Shown here piece after piece: positions 35,700 to 39,490 of a stretch of DNA of 39,490 bases. The notes beneath the pieces were generated by a model that was not told the origin of the DNA, did no database searches, and saw only the letters and a list, made by a program, of their open reading frames with translations. The position numbers were made by a program, and so were the translations under genes. This stretch comes from Octopus bimaculoides (lineage: Eukaryota), in NCBI RefSeq assembly GCF_001194135.2, contig NC_068984.1:74518131-74557620 (forward strand), given 5' to 3'. How positions within the stretch are numbered: the first letter of the stretch is position 1; each line of letters starts with the position of its first letter.

Positions 35700-35700
<1 letters not shown>
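33950..35700 (+). mobile_element. Non-LTR-type element encoding only a gag-like ORF1 with CCHC knuckle and charged tail
   Basis: ORF 34228-34686 (EEKTVMLRTY...FDTPEEARIFA), ORF 34707-34961 (VILEGR), then after a frameshift KCHRCLESDHMKKNCP (CX2CX4HX4C at 34939-34980), KKGRKRKK, a 39-bp coding repeat (35274/35313), a terminal hairpin (35676-35696) and (TA)n. No endonuclease or RT follows. Confidence 0.78.
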
Positions 35701-35740
<40 letters not shown>

Positions 35741-35745
35741 GTGCA

Positions 35746-36147
35746 GGACAACTCAATACCACCAACTCAATACCACCAACTTAACACCGCCAACTCAACA
35801 ACGCCGACTCAATACCAGGAAAATTGAGTAACAAATAATTTATTTGTTTTATAACTTTATTTACTTTATAACATTATCAGGAAAATATGAATTCTTGGTA
35901 TTCCTTCTTTGAATGGTTTAGAGGAATCTAAATACCTTCGACACAAGCTAAATAGGCCGTTATGACCAATAAAGAACAGCGACAGACTCCTAAATTGAAG
36001 AAGCTTCTATCAAATTGAAGCTATGTATTAAGATCAATCTTTTTATAAATTTCGGACAATGTTATAAAAGAAATTATTTATTAATCAATTTTCCTGGGGC
36101 TGAGTTGTCCTGGCGTTGAGTTGGCGGTGTTGAGTGGTGGATTGTCC
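35746..36147. mobile_element. Foldback-type MITE with long TIRs built from ~12-bp subrepeats
   Basis: Left arm 35746-35841 (GGACAA...(CCAACTCAAYA)n...CCAGGAAAATTGAGTAACAAATAATTT) is the reverse complement of right arm 36071-36147 (AAATTATTTATTAATCAATTTTCCTGG...GTTGAGTTGGCGGTGTTGAG...TTGTCC). Confidence 0.85.
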
Positions 36148-36769
36148 CTATTCGTATATGTACATAAATACATACATATAAAAACACACACATATATATA
36201 TATACACTCAACTCACACATACGCACACTGAATTTTTTTTCATGTCTTGCCTGAAGAAATGTTAAACTCTTATACTCATATGCATATGTATATACGTATA
36301 TATGTGTATGTTTGTGCTTGTGTGTGCACGTGTGAGCGCGTGTATGGGTGTCTGTGTGTGTGTGTGTGTACATACACACACGTATTTGTAACATAGACTT
36401 AAACACGCACAAACATGATTGCGCAGCCATCTCATGAAGTACATGCACAAACATACGTAAGTGCGTACACATGCATAAACACAGACACAAACATGCGCGC
36501 ACATAAATTCTCCCTCAGACATTAACGGACACACAAAAGGAATAGACCGCACGTGTGTTTAATGATATGAATGGTGTATGATCGCTAGTTGTTGGTTAAA
36601 ATGTGATCATGCGAGAAAATGGCGTACATTAAATGAGACTTTCACTTATGTATTTTTATAATTATTAGCTGGGGGCGTATATTCATTATTGCTTTCCGTC
36701 CTACCATTCGCGGTAAATTTTGTTTCTGATTCTATCTATCTAACTATCAAATTCTCTCTCTCTCTCTTT

Positions 36770-37160
36770 CTTCCTATGTATGTATGTATGTATGTATGTG
36801 TATNNNNNNNNNNNNNNNNNNNNNNNNNNNNNNNNNNNNNNNNNNNNNNNNNNNNNNNNNNNNNNNNNNNNNNNNNNNNNNNNNNNNNNNNNNTATATAT
36901 ACATATATATATGCATACATATAGATATATGTATATATACATGTCCATACATATAGTCATATGTATATATACATATGCATACATATAGATATATGTATAT
37001 ATGTATACATATATATATATATATATGTATATATGTATATGTATATATATCTATTTAGACATGTATGTACATATGTATATATACATGTGTATATATACAT
37101 GTATATATACATATGTATATTTACATGTATATATACATATATATACATATCTATATATAA
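36770..37160. repeat. (TATG)n/(TA)n/(TACA)n low-complexity block with gap
   Basis: Directly visible. Confidence 0.95.
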
Positions 37161-37335
37161 ATTCAAATTACGATAAACGTAAACAAACAAACGAAGTTTG
37201 CTTTTAGGAGCGTTGAGATGTCTTAGGAAGTTAAAGAAATGATTTTTAAATTCTCAATCGCAGGATAATACTAATAATATAGCCTGAACAGAATAAGCTA
37301 CTCCTATTTTGCAGAAAAAAATGTAGCTGGTTAGC

Positions 37336-37405
37336 TGTGGTTCTCGAACTCACATCTCCGTGATTACGCGTTACGATGTTCTGACCCATTGAGCTAAACT
37401 CTCCC
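37336..37405 (-). pseudogene. Solo tRNA-like sequence (tRNA pseudogene or SINE head)
   Basis: Minus strand GGGAGAGTTTAGCTCAATGGGTCAGAACATCGTAACGCGTAATCACGGAGATGTGAGTTCGAGAACCAC: A box TAGCTCAATGG, B-box-like GAGTTCGAG, ~70 nt; acceptor stem does not pair. Confidence 0.6.
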
Positions 37406-37438
37406 ACTACAGACGATACATATATATACATATGTATG

Positions 37439-37513
<75 letters not shown>

Positions 37514-38142
37514 TTATATGTATATATATATATACATTTTTTGCCAAATTAAGAATAGCTTTTTCGTGGTTTGGGATATTACTTAGTGGCTTTCCCTCAG
37601 TGTATAACTCTCATGCACAGACATCATATAAAAATATTTGCAATCTACAGACATTTTTACTCACGCTGTCAAAAACTTAACGGTTAACTTTTACCTTATG
37701 TTTCAAATTTTTTTAAATCTTAATTCTAAGAGTCGGGTAAATCCACTGCTGAATGTTAATTCACTGCTAGTTTTACTCTAGATTTTGGCCCGCTGTTTGT
37801 GGGACATTTTGAACTGAATTCCTCGATATATAAAGATGAAAACCCATAGTGTAGCTTGTCTTGTTTGACACGGTATGTATTCATGTTGTATTTATATGTC
37901 AACAGCGATTCACGCTGATGAGCAATAGACGGTTTAATGCATTGACTGGTTAATTGATTAATCAGTGTTTTTAATCGTTAAGGGAAAACCTTCGAAGTAC
38001 CGGAATGATTAATCATTTTTGAATTCTCTCAAATTGTCCTGCCCACCTACATTCAATGGGGCAAACTAAGAATAGCTTCGTTGTTTGGATTTAACTCCCA
38101 TTTCTAACATCATGGAAAACCACTTAGTGGCTTCCCCTAGCT

Positions 38143-39490
38143 GTGCGAGTCATGTACAGAGATGCTGTCAGTAAGGTGAGGGTTGGAAATGAGTACAGTA
38201 ATGAATTCCGGGTAGAGGTAGGGGTCCACCAAGGTTCCGTCCTCAGCCCCCTCCTATTTATCATAGTCCTCCAGGCGATCACAGAGGATTTCAAGACAGG
38301 ATGCCCCTGGGAGCTCCTCTATGCTGATGACCTTGCACTAATTGCGGAGTCACTATCAGAACTAGAGAAGTTCCAGATATGGAAGCAAGGACTAGAATCG
38401 AAGGGCCTTAGAGTCAACATAGCTAAAACCAAAATCCTAATAAGTAGGAAGGCAGATAAAACACAATCTCCTTCAGGTAGATGGCCCTGCTCAGTATGTA
38501 GAAAAGGAGTAGGTAGTAACTCTATAAGATGTACCCAGTGCAAGCTATGGACACATAAGAAGTGCAGCAATATCAAAGGCAGGTTAACTACGAAGTTAGT
38601 TTTTGTATGTGGCAGNNNNNNNNNNACAGGAAACAACGTCTGTCTCATTCCAGGGAGAAAAACTAGAGGTAGTCGATAGCTTTCGCTATCTGGGTGACCA
38701 AGTTAGTAGTGGGGGTGGGTGCGCTGAAAGTGTAGCTGCTAGAATAAGAATAGCCTGGGCAAAGTTCAGAGAGCTCTTACCTCTGCTGGCGACAAAGGGA
38801 CTCTCACTCAGACTAAAAGGCAGACTGTATGACGCATGTGTACGAACAGCCATGCTACACGGCAGTGAAACATGGGCTGTGACTGTTGAGGACATGCGTA
38901 AGCTCGCAAGGAATGAAGCCAGTATGCTCCGCTGGATGTGTAATGTCAGTGTGCATACCCGACAGAGTGTAAGTATCCTGAGATAAAAGCTGAACATGAG
39001 AAGGATCAGTTGTGGTGTGCAAGAGAGGCGATTGCGCTGGTATGGACATGTGGTGAAAATGGACGAGGATAGCTGCGTGAAAAAGTGCCACACCCTAACA
39101 GTTGAGGGAACCCGTGGAAGAGGTAGGCCCAGGAAGACCTGGGCTGAAGTGGTGAGGCAAGACCTTCGAACATTAGGCCTCACCGAGGCGATGACTTCTG
39201 ACCGAGACCTTTGGAAATGTGCTGTGCGTGAGAAGACCCGGCAAGCGAAGTGAGACCTAAATCCAAGGCCTCTGCCAGGGGTGTAGCCAGCCCACTCATG
39301 CGTACCTTTCTTACATTGGACACTAAACTCCGCTTGCGAAGACTTGTTGAGGCGAGTGAAATCGAACTAAATTCGACGACTGGCACCCGTGACAACGTCG
39401 TCTCCTTCATTGGACACGAAACTCAGCTTGCGAAGACTTATTGGGGCAAGCGAATAGCGAAGTCGAGATAGCACCTGTGCCCAGCGTCGC
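38143..39490 (+). mobile_element. Young 5'-truncated RTE-clade LINE: RT with inserted PHD finger, C-terminus and 3' UTR running off the window
   Basis: GVHQGSVLSPLLF, LLYADDL, GLRVNIAKTK, CSVC-X10-CTQC-X4-H-X2-C-X14-CG, VDSFRYLGD, LHGSETW, RLRWYGHV, RGRGRPRKTW. One in-frame stop (38984-38986) and a 10-N gap (38616-38625). Confidence 0.96.

Larger units (their letters stand above)
8806..38625. other. Eleven assembly gaps: 8806-8922, 13416-14093, 15700-16056, 16671-16686, 19736-20126, 23421-23430, 32149-32502, 32866-32875, 33362-33903, 36804-36893, 38616-38625
   Basis: N runs, most bordered by (TA)n or other simple repeats; their contents and true lengths are unknown. Confidence 0.99.

Noticed and set aside
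173-38986. Many long ORFs in the track with YIYI, THTH, CVCV, NNNN, IIII or X runs
   Set aside because: They are translations of microsatellites or N gaps, not genes.

Overview
AT-rich, repeat-saturated animal genomic DNA with 11 N-gaps, most flanked by (TA)n or other simple repeats. The SINE/LINE families resemble those I recall from octopus genomes (inference, not a database result). No host protein-coding gene, rRNA, intact tRNA gene or CRISPR array can be supported; most short ORFs in the track are translations of microsatellites or gaps. Recognisable content is transposon-derived: a young 5'-truncated RTE LINE with a PHD finger inserted in its RT region (38.1-39.5 kb), two older RTE relics, three R4/Dong-type (RLE) LINE fragments, a Tc1 relic, two mariner fragments, a foldback MITE, about 15 tRNA-derived SINE copies and a cluster of degenerate ~200-bp modules. 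The most notable observations are: (1) two copies of a dispersed repeat carrying a minimal type-I hammerhead ribozyme core (16.46-16.49 kb minus, 32.00-32.03 kb plus); (2) two diverged elements encoding only a gag-like ORF1 with a CCHC knuckle and ending in a tail at a microsatellite with no ORF2 (9.2-10.3 kb, 34.0-35.7 kb); (3) several dsRNA-forming fold-backs, including a perfect 22-bp hairpin and an inverted SINE pair.
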